Assembly: GCA_963693365.1 (NCBI GenBank)
Contig: CAVNZM010000012.1
Location: 5,282,889-5,346,888 of the forward strand
Origin: Amoebidium appalachense
Lineage: Eukaryota; Protista; Ichthyosporea
DNA: 64,000 nt
Direction: 5' to 3'
The notes below the pieces were generated by a model that searched no databases, was not told the DNA's origin, and saw only the letters and a program-made list of their open reading frames with translations. Positions 23,409-37,392 of this stretch are shown here, piece by piece. A program made the translations under genes and the position numbers. Each line of letters starts with the position of its first letter. Position 1 is the stretch's first letter.

Positions 23409-23665
23409 CGTGTGTGTTTGCGTGTTTTTGTGTTAAACTTCATTCTGCATTGAACCAACAGTGCACGCTAACCACACAGAAGCATAGCTTAACATTCACA
23501 CCCAAGCTTTTTTTACCAAAGATCAAGCCGCAGAGCTTTCATTGACAATGACCCCAATCTCCCTCTCCTCCGTCTCCTCCCGCCCCTCCCCCCCCCCCCC
23601 CCCTCCCCCCCTCTCCCTCCCCCTCTCTTCCCCACCCCCGCCCTCCCTCTTCCCCGTCTCCTCCC

Positions 23666-23696
<31 letters not shown>

Positions 23697-25560
23697 ACAC
23701 CCACAGAGAAGATGAGCTTAGTGAAGGTCCCTGGATCACGCAGGACGAAGCATCCGCATTAAACTACGGTAGCGTCCCCCGCCCCTCCCCCTCCCCCCTC
23801 CCCCCTGGCTACCGCCGCCCCGTGCAACCTGCGTGCACCCATCCTTGCTTCTCCAAACGCTTATCTCAGGCTCCCTGCGCCTGAAAATGTGTCCCGTCCC
23901 GATTTCTCCCTTTCTTCCTACACACCCACCCACCCGAGGCTACAGGGTTCGGTCCAATCCGTATACCGGGGGGGGGGGGGGGGGGGGGGAGGGGGAGGGG
24001 GGAGGGAGATTATTGGTGCTGGGTGAACGGGACTATTAGTAAACTTTTAGACCTGGTTTTATGGGTCATATATCATGCACTGCAAGCGTGGTTTGCTGAT
24101 TTCTGACATGCAACCAACCCCTTCCCCCCTTGCAGCGGTCAAATGGATAGACGAAGCAACTGGCCAATCAGACGCGCTCTTTGTAGATCCGTCACCAGGC
24201 AACAGCCAATCACGTGCCAACAACCAACAACCATCCCGCGAGGCGTCGGAGCCACAAGGCTACCTGGGCCTTCTCGAACCTTCCCAGGGCTCCGCCAATG
24301 TGTCACACGCACGTGACCTCCTGCCCAAAAAAAGGAGATTCTCGCAGCCGCGACGAGATGACTGGATTTCGTAACGGTGCAGGGGAAGACACTATTTGCG
24401 CCAAAGGTACGGCAAAACCATCTGAAAAAGGCGATGTCACGAATGGGAAAGAGGGCCGGGCGGAAAAGCCTTCAAACGACGAGGGTGGTCTGAACACTGC
24501 GGGCGTCACGGCCTTCCTATTCGGTGCAAATCACACCACGCAACCAACCGTTGTTCCCCGAATACAACGACCTAAACGAAGCTTTCTTTCATCCCGGCGG
24601 CCCGCAACCTGCACAGGGCGTTGAAATCCCCCCTGCCACGGTCCAATTTGAGGATTTCAAACGAATATTCGCTGAACGTGTCGATTTCGACTTCCAACCA
24701 GAGTTTCAGTTTTTCGAGTCTTTCGAGCGCCGACCTGGCCCAACTCCTACGGCAGCATATCACGGCCACCAATGAGCTTGCAGCGGCCAACACAAGATCG
24801 AATTTGGGATTAACCCCGCACCCGATAAGCGGAAATCTAGGACTACCGATCGGATCGCACGAACAGCCCACACGCAGAACGTCGGCGGCACCCAGTGCGA
24901 GGTTTCTGCTGCCGCGATCGATCGCAAATGCACAGACACGTCCGATCGCAGATTCGATCTTGTCCGATTGCGTAATCGATACTCAGACACGGCAAGTGGT
25001 ACCGGCATCTAAGGGCCTGTTTGGCAACCCGGGTTTAGGGTCCTAAATCCGGATTACGGGCGATTTTGGGTTTAGCGCTAAATCCAAATCTCAAAATCCA
25101 GCCGCTGCCAAACAGACGGCCAGATCCGGTCACGTAAATCTGGGTTTCAAACCCCTCGGACATGGCCGTAATCTGGATTCCACTAATCCACCTCGGGAGG
25201 TGGATTAGCGCGAAATCCTTTCAGGTCCTGAATGTCCGACCCAATGAATGTTCATTTTATGGAACTATATATGGTGTCCTTTTGCACCAATCGTCGATAG
25301 TTTGAAGTGGCCAAAAAAGGATTGTTGAAAGGGCGCCAAACCAAACTTCCGTTGCTGGCAGCATGTGGATACTGAGTGGGCTGCGACAGCTGTGCCTTGA
25401 ACTGCGACACCTGCACCAACGCACGGACTTGCACGTGGGGAACGTTATAAAAACAGACACGCACCTCACTTCTCATTCTTTTCCTACCCTCTGCGGCCGT
25501 CCAGCCCGAGTCTTCCAGTAGCACAGTACACTTGTAGATAATCTTGTTTGAACCGACAAG

Positions 25561-25908
25561 ATGCCTGCAAACCTCAACATCGAATCACAGAGTGACAGTC
25601 CCCCACAGTCAGCCAAACCGTCGACTGAGGCGGTTGAAAAGACACGTATGAGATTTACGGGAGAAGAAAGCAAGTTCGTTGTAGACGATTTTCTTAGCCT
25701 CTCACTCAGGAAACTTGATTCGGGAGGCAAGAGCCTTAAAAAGGCTCAATGGAATGGAATGGCCGGTCGTTTCCATGAACAGTTCGGCAAGAGGGTTACA
25801 GGGGAACAGCTCACAAACCACTTCAAAGTTGTAAGTTATCTTTTCCCCCGACCTTTTTGTTGGTGCTGGTTTACAAGTAGATTCAGTGCAAAGTGTTGCA
25901 TGGAAGAC

Positions 25909-25950
<42 letters not shown>

Positions 25951-26197
25951 GCTTCCCCTCTCCCCACCCTACTCCATCCTCACTCACTCTTCTTTGTTTT
26001 TTATTAGGTATACAACAATAGCTGCTCGGGTTATACACTTCGATACTCACTTGAACTTCTACTGGGTTTACTCTGTGTAGCAGCACTTCCAGCCTAGATG
26101 TTCATCACATGTCATAGCACTTCCATCCTACCACTTGGAACTTACGTTAACACTGACTTTCGGTACCGTCCTGATCTTTGCCCAACACGAACACACT

Positions 26198-26259
<62 letters not shown>

Positions 26260-27397
26260 CACCCACACCCACACCGTACAATTCTCCACACACATGTTCA
26301 CACTTGCCACCAGTTGAAAGAAAAGCACGGTGCGATCAAGAACTTGCTCGAGAGAAGTGGGTGGGGTGTCACTTCTGAGGGCCTGCCCCTGGCTGACGAT
26401 GAAACGTGGGCGGCTCTCCTTGAGGCAAGTACTGCTTTCTTCCTCATGACTCATACATTCACCCCCTCCCCCCCCCCCCCCCCCCCCCGCCTCCCCCCCC
26501 CCTCCCCTTCTTCTCTCATTGTGATTTCTCCCTTCTACGCCACCACCATGTAAAACCAATGCTACAGCGGCTTCACTAGTCCCATATACCCCCACTGTTT
26601 TCAGCCCTTTTTTCTGTCTCCCCCTGGCCTCACTCACCTTTTTGTTTCTAATCATGTTTTCTACATTTCTTTCTCTTTTTTTTTCTTTCCTTTTTTTTTT
26701 TTTTTTTTGCACAGAGTTCGAAAAACAAACATTTCAAGTGGGTCAGGGATCTGTGCAAGACCAAGAGACCTTGGCCCTTGTACAATGCCTTAGATGCGGC
26801 GTTGGGCGAGAAGGTATTTTGCGGAAAGGATTTTTTGACTAAGGAGGACGCTATGAAACAAGCCCGGGCCAATTTACGAGAGGAGACCGATGGGGAGCAA
26901 GGGATGGAGGAGGAGGGGGAGGATGCAGCTGAGCATGTTGAAGGGGGTGAGGGGGAAGAAAGTAATAACGAAGAAAGTGAAACGGAGGAGGAGTCCGGTT
27001 TGGGGGTTGAAGGAGATAAAACTGCTAAAACTGCGGGTGTGAAGCGTGCCCCTCCCACCACACCCAAGCCCCCCCCCCCCCCAAAAGAACCCCCCTGAAG
27101 AAGCCCACCGTTGTCAGCGTCTTGGGGGAGTTGGCTGCTGCTTTTGCCAACGCCCCTGCCCCTGTGATCAATGTTTTGCCCACTCCTGCAGCCGCTGAGG
27201 CCGAGCATGTATGCACAAAAGCCATTAAGTTGTTGAATGAGTTAGAAAAGACGTACGAGATATGTGATGATGACTATGGCTTGTTTGCTAACATTCTTTC
27301 TGAAGAAAAGTATGCTCGAGTGATGTGTGTGATGGAGCCAAATAGGCGGTTGGCGTTTCTGAACTCGAAAGTGGCTGAGCAGGCTCGTGGATATTAA
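25561..27397 (+). CDS. Harbinger ORF1, Myb/SANT-like (trihelix) DNA-binding protein; exons 25561-25830, 26314-26424, 26715-27397
   Basis: RMRFTGEESKFVVD...LKKAQWNGMAGRFHEQFGKRVTGEQLTNHFKV|LKEKHGAIKNLLERSGWG...DDETWAALLE|...RPWPLYNAL, followed by an acidic tract. There is an apparent frameshift in the poly-C at ~27070-27082 (possibly a sequencing error). Intron 2 is GC-AG. Confidence 0.85.
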
Positions 27398-27654
27398 GAG
27401 GCCCTATAATTTCTTTTCTTTTTTTTCTTTTTTTTTCTTTCTTTTTTTTGTTATGGTGTGGGCGGGGGGATAGTGCAAGAAACATCTTTTACGTGTAGAA
27501 GTGAGTATGATGTAGTGATCACCGTTTGAAATCATTGTTTTAGTGTTCGGCCTCGCCCAGCTGGTGCAGCATTAGTAGGAATACAAAAGTACTCAGAATG
27601 ACCTTTGCAACATCATGTGCAGAAAGGTGTGTGTGTGTGCAGTTTTTTTCTTTT

Positions 27655-28261
27655 CATGTATTCTTCCCCGAGAGCAGCAAGCGTGGCATCGATGCCTTCT
27701 CGAAAACGCCTGCAGCACACAATGATGTCTGATTATTTTCCACATTCCTACATATAAGCTTCATTGAAAACAACAGCAAAACCTTGAGACAGTGCACGCG
27801 CACGTGCACCCTGGACAGTGGAACACAACCCAATCGGAGCATTGTTGTTTAACAAGCACAGACAAATGCTGCAAACACACAGCCAATAACATAATTCAAC
27901 AGGGCAGGAGTCATAGCACTACATACCGGCTCACGGTCTCGGTGCTGTGTTGGAAACGTTCGGCAACGTTCCTGACTGCAACACCCTGCCCAAGGGTATA
28001 CAGCATCATGCAGGTAACTTCCTGAGCGTCCATGTTATCACTCTCTTCAATGAATGGAGCCAACTTCTCAATTAACTCCCTTGCAACATATGGACTCACG
28101 CGTAGGACATCGTTCACCCTTGTCTCGTGAGCTGTGCCAAGCAGTTCTTGCACATACTCTCTACCACTGAGCGGGGAAGTACGACAGGGCTCTTTGAGCT
28201 CTGGGCTATAGGTCAAGGCTGCAATCGCAGCCAAAACGGCTATGTTCCGGGCTGCATACAT
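27655..28261 (-). pseudogene. Harbinger transposase N-terminal (HTH) fragment; DDE catalytic domain not found
   Basis: PCRTSPLSGREYVQELL...MMLYTLGQGVAVRNVAERFQHSTETVSR matches the Harbinger RFQHS.ET.SR motif. A following exon piece reads RFREGIDATLAALGEEY (~27660-27709), after which coding signal stops. Confidence 0.8.
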
Positions 28262-28651
28262 GGTGAGTGTCTCAAATAAAACCGTATACAACTCAGCACT
28301 TTCGTGGTTTATTACTGCTTATCACTATGGTGTATATGTGTAGCGGCACGGGTCTGCAATTGCAAGTCACCGACCGGTGATGAACAGCGTGACAGCTGCA
28401 GAGCAAATCTAACCCGAAATCGTACGTGGGCTGTTTGGCATCCATGGGTTATCTACCCGGCTTAACCCAGGTTTCGGCTGAGATCCGGATTCTGCAGCAT
28501 AATCTGGATCTCGATTTTGATATCCAGATATCCCCCGAAATCCAGATTACACTAACCCGCGTTGCCAAACAGGCCCTAAGGCACTCGGATGGTGCTCTGT
28601 CAAGGAGTGGCACGTGTCCGTGAAACTTTCGGTTTTCAGTTTTTTTTGTTT

Positions 28652-28684
<33 letters not shown>

Positions 28685-28794
28685 GCGCTTGTTTGTTTAT
28701 AGTGTGTGAAGGTGTTTGTTTGTTATCATATTTCCTGCTGCATGCCTTGTTTGCCCACTCAATCATTTTCTTTTTTGTATCTTTCTCCCCCCCT

Positions 28795-28825
<31 letters not shown>

Positions 28826-29414
28826 CCCAGGCATCTAAGTTTTGTGCCCGTATGCTCAATTCTGTGTTGTTTCTGTGTTCTCTACTTGCCATATACGATA
28901 TCATTGTTTTCAGTACGTAAACCCCTTTCAGTTATAATCATTATCCGCGAAACAGGGTATCTAACTCTGAGAGGAAAAGAAAAGAAATAATGAGAGGTGG
29001 GGGTGGCCGTGGGGGAAGCGAGGAGCAATAGCCACGAGGGCTTAAAGGAGGGGCCGGGAGGGGGTGGGCGACGGTGCGCCCGGCCGCGGGGGTGGGGCGC
29101 GGCTGTGCATATGCATGGTGGGGGTACGGTGGGGTGGGGGGAGGGGGCCACGTGAGTGAGGGGGGGGAGGCCTAGGGGGGGAGAGGGGGCGGGAGGACAG
29201 CGGGCACAATGGAGGGAGCTGGTGGAGGGTCAGGGAGGAGGAAAGAGGGAGAAAGAGAGCGACAAGAGAGAGAGGTTGGAAAGGGAGGAGGGCCGGGGGA
29301 AAAGAGAAGCAGACGTCGGATATAAAGCCTTGAAGAGAGAGACTGAGAGAGTGAGATCTCTAGAGAGAGAGAAGAAGGGTCGGGGAGAGAAGTGAAGGGA
29401 GGGGAACAGAGAGA

Positions 29415-29481
<67 letters not shown>

Positions 29482-29534
29482 ATGGGGAGGGAGGGGAGTG
29501 GGGGGAGAGATCTCGGGAGAGAGAGAGAGGGAGT

Positions 29535-29591
<57 letters not shown>

Positions 29592-29903
29592 TGTGTGTGT
29601 GTGTGTGAGTGAGATCATATGTTACACTGGGGCGCCGGCAGGACAAAAGCACCATTCCAAGTAAAACTAACTAAAGGCCAGACAAGAATATATTTTGGCA
29701 GCAATGCACTAGATATCCGATTAATCTTACTATATAGTATAGCACTGGGATTCTAGTGATACGTCTTATAGTCTTTGTCCACATTGGCAGGAGTTATAAA
29801 TGCGCAAATCTCACTCTCCTACAGGTTGTATCCATTTGCATTTGCGCAGTAACTCAGACAGGCTGAGGTATCCACACCACACTCTGCCGCGTTGATATCA
29901 GAC

Positions 29904-29949
<46 letters not shown>

Positions 29950-30315
29950 AAAAAAAAAAAAAAAAGAAAGGAAGGAAGAAAGAAGAAAGCGGTGATGTAA
30001 TACCCCCGATCAATGACACGTCATATATACACATGTATATGTACATCTGACAATCACCGCTCGAAACGATACAGTTTGCACAACCTTGAATACATGTATC
30101 TTACGTTTCCTTCAACCTCTGTACCTGACCGCCTACCACACTTATACTGTTATTTTTCTGCCCCCACCCTCCTGAAAGCCAACCTTTTCACCCACGCCTG
30201 AGCTGTGCCCCGCCACCCCGTCATTATTCCGGCCAGTGACGTCACCAACAGCCAATGGGGTGTCCTTGTTGTTGCTCTGTGGACCTGCCTGTTGCTTTGA
30301 GGTGAACTGTTGGCA

Positions 30316-31276
30316 TCACCGCCAATTTTTTGGGTCGCATAGGGGATGATGTGGTTGGGAATGTTCGTTGGCAGCGGTATGCGTAACACCATTGGGGCCT
30401 TCGTTTTTGGTTGCTATCGTGTGGTTGAGGATGGTTGGCGGCAGAGGGAGTTCGTACCCGTAGTCGGTCGGGCAGAAGTTTGTTGGGGGCAGAGGGCCGC
30501 GTGGTTCGTTTTGCTTCGCCCATACAGCCAATACTTCTCGATCGTATGCCCGGCCTCCCTCGGTGATTGATGCAAACCTACCTATATATTTCTGCTGCGA
30601 GTTGCCTAAAACAGTTCTATCCAATCGGTGCACATGGTAGGGTTTGGATAAATGGTATGCGCCTGTAGAGAAAACGACACCTATGCAACCCTCCTGCTCT
30701 GCTTCCGCTCTACTCATGTAATCGCTGCGAAGAAAAAAGTTTAGGCGCAGGAGTTTCTCTCGTTTTGGAATGTCCAGAGCACGTATCATATCGTCCCTTG
30801 CAAGTGCCGCTTCCACTTCTGTCGCGTACATCCCGCCGTAATGATAAACACCATCCTTCCAATACGCCGCTATCCAAGGCTTTTGGATGTAACGAATAAT
30901 GTAGCTTACGCCCTTGTACACTGACGATTTCGTCTTTGTTGCTTTCTTTGCCCGCCACTCCTCTGCCCAAATCATCGGCTGTCGGTTTGAATTTACGCAA
31001 ATTCCCGAGGCTAACATTTTTAGAATCCAGGTACCGGTGAGCCAACACCCCCTTCTGCACCAACAAATCAATGGCCAAATCCCGCTGCCGTGCAGCCGTG
31101 CGACTGTTGTCGTAGCAACCGACATACATGCTGTTTCCTATCTTTGCAAACCATTTGCCCGCTTTACCACTCCAATATACTCCCCGGTAGTGTTGGCCTG
31201 TGTCTTTCACATTTCGGGTCGCAAATGGGCGAACGGGCCCAAAGAGTGTCTGCCAGCCGCGCGACCTTCCCTGCAT
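30316..31276 (-). pseudogene. Triple AP2-domain gene copy 2 (5-bp deletion frameshift at ~30968)
   Basis: The N-part (ORF 30710-31276) and C-part (ORF 30316-31125) are in different frames: ctctgcccaa|atcatc versus ctctgcccaatccaaatcatc in copies 1 and 3. Confidence 0.85.
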
Positions 31277-31962
31277 ATCGTTTTACATCAGAGATGAGAA
31301 AAAGTACAGATGTTTATTCTCTTTATTTTAGACTTTAAAAAGGCATCGTAAGTGCACTTGCGGCAGCTGAGCTTTGCGATGATCATTGCCTACCCCCCCC
31401 CCCCCCCCCCCCGCGCCCTTCCCCTGGCCCCCTCTCTCCTTGTAAGCCCTCCCACAAACTTCACATTCGCACAAACGGCACACCTTAGGCTGTATACCAA
31501 CCCCGACACATTTAACTACAGAAATCCCCAATATACAAACATCCACCGTTGGGTGGTTGACAATGTGTTGGTGTGGCGTGTCAATATTCAGTCTGTGTTA
31601 TGTGGTTGCTGGGGTTTGAATGCAATTGGTGCCACCTTTCATTCATTCATTCTTTCTTCTTTGGTGACAATTTTTGGTGTGGCATGTCAATATTCAGTCT
31701 GTGTTATGTGGTTGCTGGGGTTTGAATTCTATTGGTGTGACCTTTCGTTCATTCATTCTTTCTTCTTTGGTTTTGGGTTTGGATGGTGGCACGCATACCT
31801 TTCTCCTTTTCCCTTTCTTTCCCCCCACCTTTTATATTTATTGATTTTCTTGCGAGTGTGTGTGCTTATGCGTTTGCACACTGGCTCTAGTGTATGTGTG
31901 TTTTTCAAAATGTGTGATTTTGTCTGTGTGCGTGTGTGCGCGCGTGCGTTTCTCTGTGTGCG

Positions 31963-32037
<75 letters not shown>

Positions 32038-32046
32038 CCTCCCTCC

Positions 32047-32087
<41 letters not shown>

Positions 32088-32508
32088 GGGGGAGGAGGCG
32101 GGAGGAGCGGGGGGAGCGGGGAAAGGGAGGTAAAGCACAAACTACACATACCGTTGCCACCATTCCAAAGGGAGACAACCGGCCAAGAGCAGTCTGACCG
32201 TTCTGAATGCCGAACACAGTTTGTTGGGGCCCTGTGCCGACCAGGAGTGAGACTGTATCCCCCCCCCCTCCCCCCCCCATTTCCCACCGCACGTACGTGG
32301 AAAAACGATGTGCGAGCCGTTTGTCAACCTTGTCTGAAACCCAAAATACCCTCTTGTGTTATGTGTCTGCTCTTCTGCTTGGTGTGAATTCAGACATCCC
32401 CGTGTTTGTGTACACACAGGCACGGAACATACCAATTTAGCCCCATTGTTCACTGTGCATTCATAAATGTACCCTCAATCGAGCTGATCAGAAGGGGGAA
32501 AAAATGTG

Positions 32509-32604
<96 letters not shown>

Positions 32605-34028
32605 GTGTGTGTGTGTGCGTGCGTGCATGTGTGTGCGTGCGTGTGTGCGTGTGTGCACGCGCGTGTGTGTCTGTGTTATGTGTGGGTGTTTGTGTGTAGG
32701 CAGGAGAGGAGGGGCAGGGAGAGAAAGCAAGCCCTAACGCGTGTGCACTGGCGACCATGTATGTATTCGTGTAGTACACATACATATATTCCCTTTGCCC
32801 CACGAACTCATTGAACCTAATATAACTTTCGTCCAGCCCTCCCCCCCCCTCCCCTCCCCCTACACACACACCAAAAAAAAAAAAAAAAAAAAAAAAGAAA
32901 CAAAAAAAAAAAAGCAACCCCTGGGGCCCTGCCCCATCCTGTTCCCCATTAATACTTTAAACAGAGCCGTCACAGAGGTGGACAGAGGGAGAGGGGGGGG
33001 GGGGGGGGGGGGGGGGGGAAGGGGGAGGGGGAGCAGCTGGTAAACGGTTATCCGAAGAGAGACGAGGCAGACAAAGAACGGTACATCCTCGGCACCTTTT
33101 CTCAATACAGCGGAGCCCCGAGATGTATACTCGAGCCTTCGAAAACAAAATGGGCCCAAAAGTTGAAGTTGAAGCTGCCATGCCAAACAGAGACACATCT
33201 ATCACACCACAACCACACACCTCTCCCTTGGGCCAGAGCATGTAGTGACCGTGTGCCCACCGACAGGAAGGGGTTGAAAGTGACGTAGCCCATGCATGTG
33301 GATTGGTTGCTGGTGACTGCAGCAAACCGTACAGGCTGTAGGTGTACAAGTGAGCAAAGTAAGTAAAGTAAGTAAAGTAAGTAAAGTAAGTTGAGTAAAC
33401 CAACTAGGAACCACAGAGTGTGAGTGAATGGATGAGGGTGGTGCCTTCTGCACAGGCACACACAATCGTCCTGTCAGAGATGTGCGAGCATAGACCAGCA
33501 TGAGAGCAACTGCAATTTTGTTCACGTTGCCTTTTCCATGGGGATGGAGCCATGCAGCCATTCTCTCCAAACAAGTGGTTATTCATTTCTGCCCAGGAGG
33601 GAGGCTGGATATGAGTAATGAAGTGGGAGAAGCGGGGTGCGGGCGGAAACGTAAGGTGTGTGTGTGTGTCTGGGTCTCTCTCTCTCTCTCTCTCCCCTCC
33701 CCCCCCCCCCCCCCTCTCCGTCTCTCTTTCGCCCCCCCCCCCCCCTCTCTCTCTCTCTCTCCCCCCCTCCCTCCCTCTCTCTCTCTCCCTCCCCTCTCCC
33801 TCTCTCTCTCACACAGACACTCCCCCCCACCCCGCCCCCTCTCTCCCTCCCCCCCCCCCCCCCCCCTCTCTCTCTCTCTCTTCCCCTCACTCCCACTTCT
33901 TTTTTTAGCGGCGTGGCGTGTGGGGGGGAGGCGAAAAAGGGGAAGGAGGGAGGCTCTACCTCTCTCTCTCTCTCTCTGTTCCCCCCCCCCTCCCCTCCCC
34001 CCTCCCTTTCTTTTTTTTAGGGGGTGTG

Positions 34029-34060
<32 letters not shown>

Positions 34061-34066
34061 GGGAGA

Positions 34067-34133
<67 letters not shown>

Positions 34134-34175
34134 GCTCTCTCTCTCTCTCCTTCTTAATCTTCTTCTTCTTCTCCT

Positions 34176-34207
<32 letters not shown>

Positions 34208-34241
34208 GGGAGGTGGGCCGGGGGGAGGGGGGAAGGGGGGA

Positions 34242-34273
<32 letters not shown>

Positions 34274-35565
34274 AGATGGAGACCTCTCCCACGAAGGTTG
34301 CTGGTATAGTTCCCGAGACAGCCACTCGAACCAACCTCCTGGTCAACATCCTCCCAGACGACAGACAAACAAGCAAACAAAGAGTATCTGCTAAAAAGAA
34401 CAACATATTAGTCACAGACCAAGGGCCTGCCAAAAGTTGTCTTTTACGCAAGTGAGACTCCAAGCCATAGGTGCTGCACGTTGAAATAATTTCCACGGTG
34501 TTGCATATTATTCCTCGTAACCTTCTCCTCAGGGTGATACTTATTTCGTCTGGAACCCCCCTTCCCCCCTCCCCTCCTCCCCCCTCCTCGCCTTCCCGCC
34601 ACCCCCTCCCTTCCCTCTCGATCCCAACTCTTTCCCTACCGGCACAACACTAGGTACTTACAAGGCTCTTCAACATGATGCAACCCCCCCCCCCTTCCCC
34701 CCCCCAGCCACCCACCCACCCACCCCCTCCTCCTCCCCTCCCCCCCTCCCCCAGTCCCTGCCTACCAACTCTACCCGCGACTGCCATCAACGGGCTTGGT
34801 TCTGCCTCCACCAGCAAAAAGCAAAATAGCGTGTTCGGACAAGATGCAACACACGAACAACAAGTTCCCAGGGCTAACTAAAATAGGGCTGGATGATTCT
34901 AGCTTTTCGGTGAGAATTGAAATGGAACAAAGAGCTGTGCGGGCAATATGATGGCAGAGGCAAAATAATCATGCATGTATTGTGTTTGTGGGTGGAAGGA
35001 GCGGAAAAAAGCGGGAGTTGGAGAAAGGAGCGGAGGGGTAGGGGAGGGAGAGGACGGAGGGTGTGCAAGGGGGGGGGGGAGAGGGGGAGGACGAGGGGGG
35101 GGGGGGGGGGGGGGAAGGGGGGGAGGGAGGGGGGGGGGGAGGGGGGGGGGGGGGGGGGGGCGCAGCAGGCCCTTACGGTTCAGTATGTCGAAGCTCACAC
35201 ATGTGGTCACTTGTACAGTACTCTGCTAGGTCAACACAAATAATGCGCTGGTTTTCCGGACTGCCTTGGCAATGTTTGGGGTTCGGTGGTGATGGCTTAT
35301 CTAGCGTCATTCCTATTGGTAGAAAGAAAAATGGCGGGAAAATGTGACTCGTGAGCCCTCCTCACGTGTGCACGGCGGCGAACTTCGAAAGGGCTGGTTC
35401 GATCGACTGCAGACAGACCCGTTTGCTTTGCGCCGTCCGGGTACAGTACAGAACGGAAACATGCATATTCCAAACGCGTGATCGGTTTGTTTGGCTTGCA
35501 TATGATAGTTTCAGTTTGAAGGCCAGCTGTGGAAAAACACGGGTTTCAGCAAGCAGGCAACGAGA

Positions 35566-35649
35566 ATGATGCATACACAAATATTATGTGACACACAGAA
35601 TTCGAAGAGCAAAAAAAGGTAGAGGCAGGCAGAGGTGGGGCGGGGGGCG

Positions 35650-35687
<38 letters not shown>

Positions 35688-35914
35688 TGGTTTTCGATGG
35701 GAAATTGTGAAAACATTGTTTATTTATATTAAAACTATCTATGTATTTGCATGGGTTCGTTCTATCCTCGCACACCCCTTCAAAAAAATGGTTTTGCATG
35801 TCTTCAGACCTCTTACGTCCTACATAAGCATGCACACTAATAATTTCTTAGACGCACGCAAAGGGTGATCGACGTTTCCTGTGCACGCACACAAAGACCA
35901 CACACACACACACC

Positions 35915-36005
<91 letters not shown>

Positions 36006-36575
36006 CCACGTCCTACACAGGCGCAAGTGCCGGTTGAGTGGATTGGCGATTTGGTGTTTTTGGTCGATCGGAGGGGCATCATACAGCGTGCCTCCCCTTC
36101 CTGTCTGCGTTTCATGGGGGTGTGTTATCCCCCCCCTCCCCCCCCGCCTTCCCCCCCCCCCCCCCCCCCCCCCCCCCCGCCCCCACCCCCACCCCCTCCC
36201 CCCAGTCCCCCACAGGACCTCGCCCCTCATTAATATGTCCCTCCCATCCACACACCCATTTTATTTACTCGATTTTTAGTTGGCATAGTTTGTTCTTTTA
36301 CCGATATTCCCTGTGTGTGGTCACAGGTGAATATCGAAATAGACCGGCTAGCACACACAACAAAATGTCAAAGAAGGAAGGTTTGTAGTCTCCCGTAGGG
36401 CATTTTTCTGCACGTGACTCACGACACACAACCCCGGGGTATACATCATTACGGTCCTTTGTGATATTCGACCGTGTGAACTGTTTTTTTTTCCTTTCCC
36501 GCTTTCCAAATCCCATTTCCATATTGATTACATGATTGTATGACCTCGTGCCTGTGAACAGGATTCGTGTCATTT

Positions 36576-36608
<33 letters not shown>

Positions 36609-37142
36609 TCGGATAAGGAAAAAAAAAAAGTAGAAGGAAGAAACAGGACAACAAAAAAAAAAAATAATAAAAAAAAAAGAGAGAAGGGGAAGAAAAAAAA
36701 AAAGGGAAAAGGAAAAAACCAAGCCTACCCCATACACCCACGCGCACCCCATACTACATGCAGTCCCCCTCCCCCCCTCCCAACCCCTCCCTTCACCTCT
36801 TCCCCGTCCCCTTCTCCCCCCTCTTTTCCCCTCCTTTTCCACCCAGCACACACACCCCACTCACCATGTGCTGTTTTCAGGCCCCAGCCAGTCGTCTTAC
36901 CGGTCGCAGCATGTTGGACTTTGTGCACTGATCTAATGTGCGCCAACTGCAAGATGCCTTAGCAACAGTAACGAGACCCTCCCCCCCCCCCCCCCCCCCC
37001 CCCTCCTCCCCCCCCCCCGCCGCCTCCTTGCCTCCTCCCCTCCCACTCTCCACTTACCCGCCCGCTCCACCTCCCCCAGCCCCTTCTCCCCCCCCCTTCA
37101 CCCCCCCGTCCCCTTCCTTTCCCACAGTGCTGCGGATGCCTC

Positions 37143-37173
<31 letters not shown>

Positions 37174-37354
37174 ACACAAACACACAAACACACACACAGA
37201 CACTCTCCCGCCCCACCCCTCTCCCCCCCTCACTGACCATGGGCTCTCAGTGCATGTGCCTGTCTGTTTCCATGTTTGTGTTTAAGTCGTGAACGTTCAT
37301 CGACTCTGAACTATGCAGCAAAGAACTACCTCCCCCTTTCCCCTCCTCCTCCTC

Positions 37355-37392
<38 letters not shown>

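Larger units (their letters stand above)
25013..28576. mobile_element. PIF/Harbinger DNA transposon (3564 bp, internally deleted)
   Basis: 23-bp TIRs GGGCCTGTTTGGCAAC(C/G)CGGGTT. TAA target duplication at 25010-25012 and 28577-28579. The empty site ggcatcTAAggcac is present in copies 1 and 3. Subterminal aatcc/ggatt repeats and two convergent genes typical of the superfamily. Confidence 0.95.
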
